Under the pieces are notes generated by a model, which did no database searches, was not told where the DNA came from, and saw only the letters and a list, made by a program, of their open reading frames with translations. A stretch of DNA of 64,000 nt from Eledone cirrhosa (lineage: Eukaryota): the NCBI GenBank assembly GCA_964016885.1, contig OZ024741.1, positions 328,600,001 to 328,664,000 on the forward strand, written 5' to 3'. A program made the translations under genes and the position numbers. Below are positions 1 to 14,625 of the stretch, piece after piece (position 1 is the first letter of the stretch; each line of letters starts with the position of its first letter).

Positions 1-39
1 TTTCATTGAGCCACAAAGTGACCGGTTGCAAAACACGTA

Positions 40-480
<441 letters not shown>

Positions 481-483
<3 letters not shown>

Positions 484-1631
484 GATACCTGGAAATCACC
501 CTCTACACTAAAGTCCTAAACAAATTTGGAAACACTCTCCACTTACACATAGAAAGGAACTGGAAGCGATATCTAGATGACTGCTTCATCCTTTGGCACG
601 AAAACATCGAGAAACTTAAAGAATTTCACACCCTTATAAATGGGCTCAACACGAATATTAACTTCACGATGGAATAGAGCCATCAACAACTCCCCTTCCT
701 CGACATCCTCATTAAGATCCATAACAAAAAAACAGAAACAGACATATACTACAAGCCCACAGACTCCAAGCAATATCTTCCTTTCAACTCTTGCCACCCT
801 AGACACGTTAAAATTAATATTCCCTACAACTTAGCCAAGAGAATCTGTACTATAGTCTCCAATAAAAACACCTGCTACTTACGGCTACAAGAACTAAATT
901 ACACACTCATAGGCAGGGACTACCCTGCATCACTAATTGACAATGGAATACAACGTGCCCTAAAACTCAGTACCCAGGACCTTAGACACCCTAAAGTAAA
1001 TCAACCGAAACTAAAAGCTCTTCCATACATCTCCACACACAACCCCCTCAACAATGAGCCCTTTGACACCATCCTCCAGAACATCCCTATGTTGAAAAAG
1101 GACCATAGAATGAACCAAATCCTACGAACACACGATATCATAAAGAGCAAAAGACAATCTAAGTCAATGAAAAACATCCTAACACATGCCAAAGTACTGC
1201 CAACCACAACAACGAAACCCACAGTAAAAAAATGCGATAGACCCAACTGTGGCATTTACATCAACCTAATAGAGGGATCGGAATTCTATTTCAAAGAAGG
1301 ACAACGTTTTATAGTAAAACACAATTTCACATGCGCATCAGAAAATCTAATATATGTATTAACTTGCTCAGGTTGTCGAGAACAATACATAGACCAGACC
1401 AAAAACAGCCTCCGCCAACGCATGACTGTCCATAGATCACAAATTAAAATACGCGAATACAGGAAAATACCACTGAGTGAACACATTGATACCTGTGCCG
1501 CCCCAAATCATGCCAACTTCAGAATCTTTCCCTTCTACAAATTTAAAGATAATGCCATCCACACCCAGCGCATCAGCAAGGAATCTTACTTTATTAACAA
1601 ATACGGACCCCGTCTAAACACTTCTCCCTAA
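481..1631 (+). pseudogene. PLE reverse transcriptase C-terminus + Cys linker + GIY-YIG endonuclease
   Basis: WKRYLDDCF, LPFLD, YYKPTD...SCHP motifs; KKCDRPNC linker; NLIYVLTCSGC...YIDQT...R..H (GIY-YIG). ORFs 357-677 and 1089-1631 share a frame, separated by TAG 675-677. Confidence 0.9.
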
Positions 1632-1787
1632 GACGAACCCACAACATACACGCGTCAACATACATACCTACATCAGCATACATCTCTATCCACATATAAA
1701 CACAATGACATACGTAAACACACATGTTCTATGGTGCAACACAAATATACACAAATTTGCATACATTTTGCACACTGATGGGAACAT

Positions 1788-1922
1788 ACATATTTGTGCA
1801 CAGGTATATAATTTCTGGACACATTCCAGATACATGTGTACAATTTGTGCACAGGTATACAATTTGTGCACAGGTATACAATTTCTGGACACACTCCAGA
1901 TACATATTTGTGCACAAGTATT
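1788..1922. repeat. Minisatellite of about 20-bp units (ATTTGTGCACAGGTATACA) interleaved with TCTGGACAC..TCCAGA
   Basis: Four TGTGCACA-centred units seen directly in the PLE 3' region. Confidence 0.85.
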
Positions 1923-2114
1923 CCAATACGGCAAGGCCTAATGGATCCCCCTTGCAGTACGTACAATCTGGACACACTCACACACACCTTGGTATTATGC
2001 CAATACTATATATAGTTTCACACCTTTTATTATTAAGGTTTTTGATGTTCTATTGAGAGAATCGATTTTACTGAAAATATCGAATAATGTACACCATTTT
2101 ACCAGTAATAAATA

Positions 2115-2188
2115 CACACACATTCTCTCTCACACACACACACACACACATATATATACACACACATACACACGCGTACATTAACATA

Positions 2189-2239
<51 letters not shown>

Positions 2240-2245
2240 AAACAC

Positions 2246-2326
<81 letters not shown>
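2115..2326. repeat. (CA)n microsatellite
   Basis: Direct. Confidence 0.95.
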
Positions 2327-2329
<3 letters not shown>

Positions 2330-3003
2330 CTCCATATAAGACAAGAGCTGAAAAAATATCTTTTAACATGTTAAAATATCCCCCACTCACTTACAGACAC
2401 ATTCCTCCTGACCATCCCTTTACCACGAATTACTCTGCTACACACACACACACACACACACACTTGTCTTAATAGGCATTTGAACTGTCAACAGGCTGCG
2501 GTTCGCACACACAACCCTGCTGACCATTATCACAACAACGAACCTCTTTCCTATTACTACACACACACATATTTGTTGTGAAAGACTTATTTCTCAGTCA
2601 ACCGACACAAACCTACATTTGGCGCAAAATCAATTTTTTACATTCACATGACCTCTACCGACCAATTAAAATTGTTTTGACCACAAGAATTTTTGCAACA
2701 CGAATTGGCGCAAAATTTATTTTAATACCGCTGGAGCCACTTTTTTAACATAAAAACAGGTAGAATTTCCAAAACTAATCAGATTAGAGCAAACATCACG
2801 GACGCTCTATCTCAAAATTATTTTTGAAAAGCATTAGAAATGGGCAACCGGTAAAACTTAAAACCAAAACTGAATACTAACCAATACTATTACTAATTCT
2901 CACTTATTCCTAATTAAACTATTTTTCACTGTGAACAGTTTGTCAGCATTTTCTATTCCGTTTACCAATATATCATAACTTGTGTGTTACACCTCTATTC
3001 TTT

Positions 3004-3086
<83 letters not shown>

Positions 3087-3087
3087 C

Positions 3088-3275
3088 AATTGTTTCTACT
3101 TTTGGCACAAGGCCAGCAATTATCCCAGTACATTACTTGTACTTTATTTTATCGACCCCGTAAGGATGAAAGGCAAAGTTAACCTCGGCTGGATTTGAAC
3201 TCAGAATGGCAAGGCCCGTAACTCCATGCCTCAAAGCATGGTGTCTGACTCTCTACCGATACTGCCAATCCACCG
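3088..3275 (-). mobile_element. tRNA-derived SINE with Nin/Deu-like core
   Basis: Minus strand: A box TGGCAGTATCGG, B box GAGTTCAAATCC, core AACTTTGCCTTTCATCCTTACGGGGTCGATAAA, tail into (TTA)n. Confidence 0.85.
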
Positions 3276-3280
3276 AAAGC

Positions 3281-6200
3281 TTTCTTTATTAATAGCAAGG
3301 GTTTACATTAAGTAGACATTAAAGACAGTACAGGACAATACAGGACGGTACAAATGGGCACTTCTGCGTGTAAAAAAAACAGGATGTAATAAAAAATAAC
3401 AATGAAAAATTCCCCAATAGGGGGGAGATTCCGAGGGACATTTGTGTAGAAAGCCCAGTAATAGGCCATAGTGACCCTGACCACCAGGGCAAGTGCCCTC
3501 TCCCTGTTTTCCACCTTTAATTTACAGACACATACTCAGAGTAGGCCCATTCACTCGGGCCATACTTGCTTCTCTCACCCATCTTTCAACAAAATGCTGG
3601 GAAGAGAGCACTTCCATCTCTACCCTGATTTTCCTTTTCAAATGAAATTTGAAAAGGTTAATCAGGGCATCACCGAAGAGGTAAGTGCTCGTCTTCAGCC
3701 CTTTCAAACGTGTCCACCATACTATCTCTTTTGCCATGGCCACCAGACAGATAAAAACTGCCTGCCCTTCACGGCTAAAGGAAGAGGGTGGGGCAATCCT
3801 CACGATGGACTCAGCTGATAGCCGGATCCGTCCTACACGCGACAGCAGGTCTTCGACATAAACCCACAAGTCAGCAATGCTCGGACTCTGGACGAGTGCG
3901 TGCAGGACGGTTTCGTCGCCCTGCGCGCATCTCAGACAAGCCCGGCTGATGGCACCTCCATGCCTGTGGAGTTTATCCCGAACTGCAAAGCTCCTCGGTA
4001 GCACTGCCAGGCCAGGGGTTTCTGGAAGTTGTCCATAGGCCCCGGCCTGAAAGTTCATCCGTCGAGATTGGCTAGCTGACTTTCGTCGACGCCTAGAGTT
4101 TCTCCAAGTACGTCGTCGCTCTTCCCCTCCACTAATCCTCTATAGAACGCCAAGGTGGAGTTTCCACCGATCACATTGCTCGATTGGTCGAGGGCTGTGA
4201 GCGCCTGAAGACATTGCAGTCTCCAAGCGCTCCCTCTTGGTCTTCGCTTGACCCAGGACTGCAGCTCCGTCAAGGAGACGAGCTGGGGAAAGACACGTCT
4301 AGCAAACAGCGACCACACCTGATCACCGTCGAGGAAGAGGTGGAGATGTCGTAGCCTGAGCGCCTGTCAGCGCATCATCATCCACGGCATACCCAGCCCT
4401 CCACGTAGCGGGTGTTGACAGCAGATGGACCGCCTGACCATCGGAGCGCGTCCCTTCCACAAAAAGCGAAATAGCAAACGCTCCAGCGCACTCAGGCGGG
4501 GCTTAGGACAAGATACGACGAATGCGATGTACGCGTCAGCCACCGCCGCTCGACCTTTCAGGGATAGCTTCCTCTCCGCCCATTTCTGGATGAGAGAAGC
4601 CACCCTGCTCGAGACCTCGTCCCAGTTTTTGTTCGTTATGGACGTCCGGACCAAAACCAGGCCCCTAGCAATTTAACCGGTGTTGGACGGCATCGACCTG
4701 CGTCTCCAGGTGCCGAGCTGCAGGCCCACTGACTTTTCCTGGTTGATCATTGCTCCTGTCACCGCTTCGTATTCTCTTAGTGTAGTGCCGATCGCCTCTA
4801 TGTGTTTGGCGTTCGACACCACTACGGTGACATCGTCAGCATATGCTGACACGGATCTTCCGCATCCTAGTTCGCGCGGGACCCCCCTCAACGTCTCCAG
4901 TTTGTGCAGTAATGGCTCGAGAGTCAATACGTACAAGAGGGACATGAGGGGACATCCTTGGCAGTCCGAGCGCATGATGTTGAACGGTTCCGAAAGGTGA
5001 CTGTTCACTCTCATCACAGAGCAGATGTCGCTGTGCATGGCAGCGATCCAGCCTCTGAAGGCGAGCCCAAAGCCAGCCGCCCTCAGGACTGCCGCTAGGT
5101 AACGATGGTCGACCCTATCGAAAGCTTTCGACTGATCTAAATTGATCAAGGATCCACCCGTGCCAGGTTCTCTAGCTACCTTCTCTACGATGTATCGCAT
5201 GAGGTGGAGGTTGTCGTGGATGGATCTGTCGGGAATGGCGCATGTCTGCGCCTCTCCCACCAGACCACCAACGACAAGCGCCAACCACTTCGCTAGCACC
5301 TTGGCCAAAATCTTGAACTCTGTGTTTAGCAGAGTTATGGGCTAAGAGGTCTTCGAACAAGTCTGGCATCTGTACGTAAAGTTCATAGGGCAGACCATCC
5401 AAACATCAGAGGCTGTTATCGGCTTTTCGCAACACTCCACCTCAGTGGCCGAGAGCCGCGGCAGTCCATCGAGGTAGACACTAATGTCCATTCCTCGATC
5501 CGGCCCGCCGCTGCCCTCGAATAGCTGAGCGAAGTGTCGCTGAAAGGTTTCACACATTTGCCCGGGATTGAGTAGCATGCGCCCGTCGTGGTCCACCAAA
5601 GACCGGATCGTGGTTGTGTTGCCACGACGCGCCTCCGCCACTCGAGCCCATTGAATGGCTTTCGTCCCCCTCGTGTCTGAGAGCACCCACCCTAGCTCTG
5701 ACAACGCAGCCTTCGTGCTTTGCATTGAAGAATTGGTCAAGGGCCAATTTCGCCGCAAGTACGTCGGTCGCGATGCCTTTGCTAAGCGCCTCGTCTAATT
5801 TTCTAACTAGTTCTCCCTTTGCTCTATTTTTTCTCTATTGCTAAAGCCTTACTAAACCTAATGGACTCTATTCTAATCGCTCTTTTCAGAGCAAACCACC
5901 CCGTGTTGTTGACGATGGCCCCGTCAACGCGCGCTTAATTAGTTCGCTAATCCGGTCTCTGTAGGCCTTGCGCGCTGGTAAGGATGCGTTTAGCTTCCAG
6001 TAGCCAGGTCCTCGTCTATGAAGCCTATTTAAGTAAAGCACACAGATCACGAATTTGTGGTCCGTGTAGCTGACTATCTTGAATTGTGGACAGCCTATGC
6101 TAGACCTATCTATTTCCTACAAAATACTCTATCTAGATATGATCTGGATGACCTTATGCGACTTGTCCAAGTACACATTGGCACATTCGGGAAATCCAAT

Positions 6201-8882
6201 CGGTTCCTGTCAGACAGTTCAAAACGCTTGAACAGGTTGGTGAGGCTCTTGCACCCTCCTCCCCTCTCCTCTAATCCCACACAGTCCCAGCGTGCATCTA
6301 CGATCCCGTTCCAGTCGCCCACTAACACTAAAGAGCGGGACGTTCCAAGAAAGGTATCCAGACGCCGGAAGAAATCAGGCCGCCCTGCTCCTGTCGGGGC
6401 ATAGACGGGCACTAGCCTGAAAGCTTGCCCGTCTCCGCTGGTCACGTCCAGCACCACCGACGTACCCTCTGGGTCCAGGAAGATTGCCCGTACGGCGAGA
6501 TCCAAACCTCTCCGAAAAAGCACAGCAACTCCTCCCGGGGGAGGACGGCTGGGAGAAGCGTACAAACGTAGCCGCCGAAGATCGGTGCGAAGGCCCGTGC
6601 TTCGGAGATTCTGGTCTCTCTGATAGCCACTACATATATGTTTAGTGACCTGAGGTCGTTGAGGAGGTGGCCCTGCTTCCATGACGACCCCAAGCCACGC
6701 GCATTTATGCTGCCTATTCTGAGTGAGGTCATGTTGAAATGGAGTGGAAAAGATGGGAAAGACCACTTACCTTACTTCTCGTAGAGGAAGGATGGTTTAA
6801 CCATCCTTTTCACTGTTTCTGTCCTCCTCCGCAAGGAGTATCCTTATAAATCCTCCTGGAGAGTGCTTGTCGGAAGTCTCCGATGTCTTTGGGGAATTTT
6901 TGTTTTAGTGTCGTGTACATTTTCTGTGTGATGCGAGTGATTTGTATATGTGGAGGTGGTGTGAACGTTTGGGTCGTTGTGTAGTCTTTTTCTGTGAAGC
7001 TGGTGTTGTGTTGGATGTAGTGTAAAAATTGGTTTTGTTCAAATTTATTGCTGTGTAATGTGTATCGTTTTGGTTGTTTTGTTTGCGTTTGTTGTAGGTT
7101 TGTCTCTGTTTTGCTTTTTGGTGACGTTTGTGATGTTGGTGATGGTGGTGTTGGGGTTAATGATGGTGATGGTGTTGGTGTTTGTGATGATGGGGTTGGT
7201 GATGGTGGTGTGGATGGTGGCATAGCTGTCCTAACGTTTTTGTTTGATAGTTTATTTGTTTCCCTCTGTATTTTGTTTTTTTGGAAGGGGAAGGAAGGGG
7301 ATTCTTTCTTTTCTGGTTTCTTTTGTTGTTTCTTTCTGATACCGTTTCCAACTCCTCGACGTCTCAATCTGTCTCCAGTTGCGATAGGTCAGGGAGTGGA
7401 AAATTCTCCACAGGCGTTGGTTTTGGTTGTGGTGTGACGGATGGTGCAGGCGCTGGTGCTAGTTCTGGCGCGTTTGGTGGTGGTGGTGTTGGTTTTGCTA
7501 CTGTTGCTGTTACAGTTGCTTCTGTTTTTTCTGCCATTTCTGCTGCTGTGGTGTTGGTGATGGTGGTGTTGGTGTTAATGATGGTGTCACTGGGGTGGCT
7601 AAGAGCGGTGGCCTCAACCTTTTAGCCTGAGAGCAGAAAGCCCTTAGGTGGGTTCCTTCACCACAAACGACGCACCTAGGCCTTCTGCCCTCGACTATTA
7701 CGGTGAGGTGGCTGCCGTCAGTGAGGTCTATTACCTCTGGAATCTCCTAAATGCTTTTTTGGTCCGCTTGGATCAGGAGCTCCATACCAGATCCGGACCA
7801 GTTCTCCTGCTTTTCTTTCGCAATTTCGATTATCTTGGTGTTGGCTTCGATGCCGGAAAGGACGTCAGCCATAAGTCAGAGAATTTCGATGGCAGGTGGA
7901 ACGTGGGTCACCCTGATCTTCACGAGTCTCTGGCCACAATAGCTTGGGACGAGTGTGAAGTCGTTACTTCTTAATGGGGCCATGGAGTGTTCTCTGGCCT
8001 CCTGTGGTGTTTCAAAGAACACGTCCACGGTTCCATATTTCTGCCCACGTCTGATGTGGGTGTTTTTTTGCCCACACATGACCCAAAGCTTTTTGGATTT
8101 GGGACTCGGATGCCCGTTCCACTCGCCGCGATTTTATGTTAATCGTCCGATAAAACACGGTGCATAGGCGCCGATGCTCTATTTTATTAGGTGGGAGGTG
8201 AGGCTGACCATGTACCCATCTTTCTTTACCTCCTGAGTTACCTGGAATGCTTCGCACTTTTTTGCTACTCTGGCAAAAGACAGGGTTTTCTTATTCTCAT
8301 TGTTGCTGTTGTTGTTATCGTTATTTTTGTCATTGTTAATTTAGTTTCAGTTGCGGTGGTGGTGGGGTCAGTGGTGTTCGGTGTGGAAGAGTTCATTTTA
8401 GCTGAATTCGTTTCGATATCACAAGATAATTTATTTTTTATTTTGTTTCTGTTGTCGCTGTGCTGGTGGTGGGGGTGGCGGCTTCAACACCTGCAGTCAT
8501 TGGTAATGGCGGGAAATGAATGTCTGCCTGAGACAAATTTAAAATATTGCTACTGCTTATAGTTTTAGTGTTGGCAAACGTAGTAATATTTACAATGGTG
8601 GTGTCGGTGTGAGGTGTTAGTTTGTGAGGAAGGCTCTCAGCTACTGGGTTCAGCTGTCAGTCGGCCATGAATTTTCAAAGACTTTTTTTTTGTTTGATAA
8701 TTATAAAGGTTTAAATTTTGGGCTCAAGGACCCAATCTTTTTGAGTGTCCTTTTCAGAAAACAATGTGTGTGCACTTATATACAGTTAACAATAGCATTT
8801 TTCATAAATGGCAATTTTAAACAATTGAAAATAACAAACCTTTGCGGAGCTCACGATAATACGATTTACTATGTAGGTCGCC
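3281..8882 (-). mobile_element. L1/Tx1-type non-LTR retrotransposon, ORF1 type A, full-length but decayed
   Basis: 5' end GGCGACCTAC next to (TAA)n; ORF1 remnants; ORF2 fragments MTSLRIGSINARGL, LVGDWN, DQSKAFD, YADD, C-terminal Cys/His motif; 3' AATAAAGAAA; several internal deletions relative to the copy at 33390-36810. Confidence 0.93.
3522..6732 (-). pseudogene. Tx1 ORF2 (APE endonuclease + RT), frameshifted
   Basis: ORF pieces 6442-6732, 6110-6766, 4673-5308, 4367-4654 and 3522-4058 match the plus-strand copy. Confidence 0.9.
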
Positions 8883-8915
<33 letters not shown>

Positions 8916-9103
8916 TGTTTCTACGTTTGGCACAAGGTCAGCAAATACCCAGTGCATTACTGGTACTTTATTTTATCGAACCCGTAACGATGAAAGGCAA
9001 AGTTAACCTCGGCGGGATTTGAACTCTGAATGGCAAGGGCCGTAAATCTATACGTCAAAGCATGGCGTCCGACCCTCTACTGATACTGCCTATCCACCGC
9101 TCT
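8916..9103 (-). mobile_element. tRNA-derived Nin-core SINE, second copy
   Basis: Collinear with 3088-3275; flanked by (TAA)n on both sides. Confidence 0.85.
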
Positions 9104-9115
9104 GAATAATAATAA

Positions 9116-11350
9116 AAGGAGATTAGTGAACAAGAACACACAAAAACTGATTTGAGTATCACAGTTGAAACTCTTAAAGGGCAGGCCAAAAAACTAACCA
9201 ACTGGAAATCACCAGTCCCAGATGGTGTGCAAGGGTATTGGATTAAAAATGTAACATCCCTACACCCGAAACTGACAACCATGTTCCATGGCTGCTTGAT
9301 GCCAGGTGAGGTACCAGAGTGGTTGACAAAAGGTACCAGATTGGTTGACAAAAGGTACCATAGTTCTGGTAATGAAAGACCGAATCAAGGGTAATGATGT
9401 TACCAACTATAGACCTATCACATGTCTGTCCGTAATGTGAAAACTGTTGACAAGCATTGTGTCTGAGGAAATCTACCATCACCTCCACACAAACAACTTG
9501 TTACCGGACGAACAGAAAGGATGCCGAAAGAAGTCCCGTGGTACAAAGGACCAGTTACTTATTGATAAAATGGTAATGAGGAATTGCAAGAGGAGACACA
9601 CTGGTCTTGCCATGGGATGGATAGACTACAAAAAGGCATTTGATAATGTGCCTCATTCTTGGATCACCAAAAGCCTAGAACTCTTCAAGGTGGCAGATAA
9701 CATCAGACAGTTGTTGAGCAAAAGTATGAAGTCCTGGGAAACAGAGTTAACATAGGGTGGAGAATCTTTGGGAGGCGTGAAGATCAAGAGCGGTATCTTC
9801 CAGAGAGATAGTTGGTCCCCTCTGTTGTTTGTCCTTGCCCTGATACCCCTGACCATTATACTGCGAAAAGTGAGAGAAGTATACAAGTTGGGAAAAGGAG
9901 AGCTTACCATCAACTACCTCCTCTTCAAGGACGATCTTAAACTCTTTGGGAAGAGTGAGAAGGAGTTCGATGTACTTGTTCACAGTGTCCGTATTTTCAG
10001 CAATAATAGATGTATGCAATTTGGCATTAATAAGTGTGGAGTCCTAGTGATGAAGAGTGGTAAATTGAGCAGAAGCAACGGAATCCATGTACCAACAGGT
10101 GAGATGATAAAGGAAATTGACACTGAAGAAGGATACAAATATTTAGGTGTTCTGGAGGCAGATGACCTCAAGAACAAAAAAAAAATGAAGGAATTGATAA
10201 GATCTGAGTACATTAGGAGAGTAAGGAGCGTATTAAAATCACATCTAAATAGTAGGAATGTGATAAGTTCAGTGAATTCCCGAGCTGTGTCTGTTATTAG
10301 GTACAGTGCGGGTATTCTGAGATGGAATGTTGCTGAACAAAAAGAAATGGATAGGAAGACTAGGAAGTTATTGACTATCTACAAAATGCTCCACAAGAGG
10401 AGTGATGTCAATAGACTTGACTTAAGGAGATCTGAAGGTGGAAGAGGTCTTATCAGCATAGCGGACTGTGTTCAGATGGAGGAAAACAACCTGCACAAAA
10501 ACGTGACTCACAGTAGGGAGACAATGCACAGAATTGTACTGAAGGAGAGCACAATAGACCAGGGGATGTCCAAGGAGGAAATAACAAGGAGGAAGAGCAA
10601 CCTTCATGAAAAATCACTTCATAGTACCTTCTTTGAGAAAAGTGAATTTAGAGATCCACAGACATGGAACTGGTTAAAAAGAGGAGACCATAAAAAGGAT
10701 ACAGAAGAAATGCTAATGGCTGCGCAAGAGCAGGCCCTCAGAATGATGTGGGTGAAACACCATATTTACAAGGAGGAGGCTAGCCCACTGTGCAGGATCT
10801 GTGAAGAGAGAGAGGAGACTGTGGCTCACATTGTATCCGAGTGTGAACACCTAGATCAGACTCACTATAAAGGCTGGAGACATGATGTGATGGGCAGGGT
10901 GATCCACTGGCACCTATGCAAAGTAACAATTTACCACATTCTGAGAAGTGGTATGAGCATAAGCCAGAGTCTTTGATAGAATACGATCAGGTGAAGGTGC
11001 TATGGGATTTTAGGATACAGAGGGACAAGAAACTGGAACACAATAGGCCTGACCTGGTGGTTTTGGACAAGGAAAACAGATCGTGCCTGATTGTAGATGT
11101 AGCCTGCCCATTCGACGCGAGAGTGCAAGAGGAGGAGAGGGAGAAAATTAACCGATACTAGGACTTAAAGTGGGAGGTAAAAAGGATTTGGAACTGCCAT
11201 GAAGTCAGAGTCGTCCCGATTTTCAGAGGCGCACTTGGTACTAACTCAAAGAGTTTCCAAGGATGGTTAAAGAAAATTAGTCCAGCCCCGCTATTTAGAT
11301 CACTTCAAAAGGCATGCTTGCTGGGAACAGCAAGAACCCTCCGATACGTA
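9116..11350 (+). mobile_element. R4/Dong non-LTR element, D1-related older copy, truncated at both ends
   Basis: [43 protein letters not shown]...C, RPDLVV..D restriction-like nuclease; multiple stops and frameshifts. Confidence 0.93.
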
Positions 11351-11427
11351 ATATTTTGTATTACCCAATTACCAGTAAGAAAATTACCTCAATGTAAAAT
11401 ATCAGATATACTACAGAGCAGAAATAC

Positions 11428-11838
11428 AACAATCAAATTTTTGTTTGATGCATTCAATTGCTGACGATCGTTTCTTGCCTGCAACTAATTCAGCATATAA
11501 TGCTTACATAACATATATATGCAGGCTATCATTATGTATCTGTCTTACCTTAATGCATGGTATTATTAACATTCTTTGTGTAATATACTTGATATGTTGA
11601 CTTTAAGTAATACTCTCTTTCAATATTTTACTATCTTTTCATTGTAATATTATTTTTGTTCTTGCTCGTCAATATGATGTCACTGACACTGTTAATTATA
11701 ATATATCTTAATGAAAGTTCAAAAGACTAGGAATGTAATTACTTGTTTTAATATTGCATATACCTCGATGATGTCTGACATTTGTTTGGAAGAAACGATC
11801 GTTAGCAATTAAATGCATTAAACAAAACTTTGATTGTT
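11428..11838. repeat. About 48-bp inverted repeat pair (11428-11477 / 11790-11838), possibly a decayed PLE pLTR pair
   Basis: AATCAAATTTTTGTTTGATGCATTCAATTGCTGACGATCGTTTCTT versus its near reverse complement; contains GAAACGATCGT(C/T), a hammerhead-like palindromic stem III, but the CTGA core is decayed. Confidence 0.6.
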
Positions 11839-11916
11839 TTATATATTGTATATATATATATACATATAGTGTCGCATTATGTGTCACTCTGATTTGTTTA
11901 TTTGATATTATGTAAA

Positions 11917-11972
<56 letters not shown>

Positions 11973-12029
11973 TTAAGTATATGCGTATGCAACTGTTTGA
12001 AACTGATTACGCACGCGGACGCGCATATA

Positions 12030-12116
<87 letters not shown>

Positions 12117-13489
12117 AGAGAAAGAGAGAGATATATAGATATAGATATATGCGTGCGCGGGCGTGTGTGTGTGTAATCAGTTTCAAACTGTTGCATACAG
12201 TCAGGTAGAATGAGTTGGTATTAACCAACGAAACTTATACATCTGTAATGCCACAGATATAACTGATTATACACGACATTCCATTTTTGTCTTTCAGTCT
12301 TAAATCTGTTTATTCTATGTTGATGTGTTACACAAACTGATTTAATAACAACAAACGTTTCATAGGAAACTATTTAGTTACATTATCTAAAAAGACATAT
12401 AATTTTCACAACATAATTTCCCCATAAGGAAATTATTGTTGTGTTACAAAGAACGGTGAGATATACAGCGACGAAAACGGTAAAACAAAGAATACTGATA
12501 GAAATAGCAGAATTGTGATTTGGAAATTTGGCTGGGGTGGATGTGTTTTATTATGATGTGACAAATGCGAGGGTCGGGCCTGTTGATTTGTAAATTACTT
12601 TAGAGACATATTGCGATTGAAGTTCGACTGGTCGTTTTTCTATAATACAATAAAAGTTAATGGATCCATTCTGATTATGACTACCTGCACCTGGAAATTT
12701 TCTCTCCATGGTGTAGGTCCTTCCAAGGATGTTTGGAGGAAGATAAGCAGTTATCCACACCAAGCATTTAAGTCTCATTGAAGCACGCAATGAAAGTCTA
12801 ACTGAGAACACAAACGTCCGAAAGAGATACGGCAAAGCATAAAGTTAAAAAGTATGGAAGACAATACTAACATCAGCGAGATTTGAACCCCAGATCGAAG
12901 AATGCCGAAACAATATACCAGGACAACGTATCTTCAAAAAACGGGGAATAAGGAAAATATGTTGAACTACTCAAAACAATATTAAACTAAGAACAGGAAA
13001 ATCTCATTTTCTTTACGTGAGTTATATTAAAACTGTTATAATATATTCTACTTTAAATAAAATAAAGTAAAGTCTATAATTACGTTGAGAATGTCGTCAA
13101 CAGTTATAAATTACCGTTGGTAAATTTTCTGAAATAGAACAATCTTCACACATAACACACTCTATATAATCGGTACATAATAAATTCACACAAATCACAC
13201 AATATATCATCAACGAGATTTATATCCAAAATAATAACACAACTTACGTAAAAGAACAAACATTAAAATAACACAAACCACAAACTATAACAAACAAGAA
13301 TGATGTAGCGCACAAATAATGAGTCCGAAATGATATTAGTCTTAAAGGAATCAATCGACAATATCCCAGACCTCCTTCGCTTACCGAGTCGGGTGGGGCT
13401 CGTCAAATTGGACCAAGGAAATAATGTTTTCATTGGCCTTTCAATTACTGATACTATCTAGTGGTCGCAATTTCTGGAAGAAAGAGCAA

Positions 13490-13595
13490 CGGTAAATATA
13501 AAGTCTTGTTCAAGGACATAACGCATCACCCTGTCCGGGAATTGAACTCGTAACCTCACGATTACGAACACAATTCTCTATCCACTAATCCACAA
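13490..13595 (-). mobile_element. tRNA-derived SINE head (CORE-like)
   Basis: Minus: GTGGATTAGTGG (A box), GAGTTCAATTCCC (B box), TGTCCTTGAACAAGAC (CORE-like). Confidence 0.65.
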
Positions 13596-13782
13596 CACCA
13601 ACTATAATAAGAACACACAATAATACACACAGCCGAGGGCCAGGAAAATGTATCAGGAGATGCAGAAAAAAAAACTCGCATGAAATTGTTGAAAAAAATA
13701 ACAATAATTATATTAATACCAAAATAGCACAGTTAATATGAAGCATTGAGATATGTGGCTTCCCCAAACAATCATAGCAGAA

Positions 13783-13783
<1 letters not shown>

Positions 13784-13826
<43 letters not shown>

Positions 13827-13850
13827 ATAGTAGTAGTAGCAGTAGCAGTA
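13784..13850. repeat. (TAG)n microsatellite
   Basis: Direct. Confidence 0.9.
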
Positions 13851-14427
13851 AATAAATAAATAATTAAGATAAAATAAAATAAATTATAGATGAAATAAAA
13901 TAAAATAAATCCTAATAATACAAGAAATATTAATAACTTTTAGTTTTGTTGATGTCACTATTGTTGCTGTGGGTCTGTCTCTTGTATTACATTTATTATT
14001 AAATTATTATTATTACTATAATCACACCAACTTCAACTAATTGAACATAATGTAATAAGAAAAATAACGTAATTTATATTTAATTATAATTAACGGAATG
14101 GAAAATAAAATTAGTGAAAGTAGTCAATCATGTAAATAAATGTTGAATGGGGGAATGATGACGATAGCAAGAAACACAGCAGCTATAGTAATAATAGTAA
14201 TTATAGCAATAATCAGCAGTAAAACTGAGTGGATTTTACCCGGAATGCCATTTTAAGAGTATTCTTTAAAAGATTATATCATTTTTTTTTTATTTAAACG
14301 CAAATAATAATCCTATGACATAGGGAAAGCTATACGTTTAGGAAGTTTGTTTCGCAACCGTTCGGTTCTGAGTCCAGTGAAATGTGGTTGATGTAAATTG
14401 CAGAAGCCCGTCATGTATATATATGCA

Positions 14428-14588
14428 TAACCCGCCCGCTCCTTCAATCTATCTTACTACTCATTCTTTCTTCTGATGAAGGACTAGCGTCTGAAACGTT
14501 AAGACTCTCTTCCTGCTACGTCAAGCGTTAACCAGATATATTCCTTCCATATACTGTACCGATTGTGTTTTTATTTCTGTTTACCTTT

Positions 14589-14592
<4 letters not shown>
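14428..14592 (+). mobile_element. Short hammerhead-bearing element (solo pLTR-like), copy 1
   Basis: TCTT-CTGATGA-A-GGAC TAGC GTCT-GAAAC-GTT-AAGA near 14469-14504; homologous to 52810-52975; ends in (TA)n. Confidence 0.75.

Positions 14593-14625
<33 letters not shown>

Larger units (their letters stand above)
481..3005 (+). mobile_element. Penelope-like element (Neptune-like), 5'-truncated
   Basis: Begins after (TA)n; PLE RT-linker-GIY-YIG coding region, long A/C-rich 3' region, decayed hammerhead near 2821-2856 (TTGAAAA GCATT AGA AATGG GCAACCGGTA), ends at (TA)n. Confidence 0.8.

Noticed and set aside
1788-1922. CRISPR-like palindromic repeat array
   Set aside because: No unique spacers, no cas genes, eukaryotic context; a minisatellite.
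3088-3275. tRNA genes at A/B-box sequences (also 8916-9103 and 13490-13595)
   Set aside because: No complete cloverleaf; they run into SINE cores.
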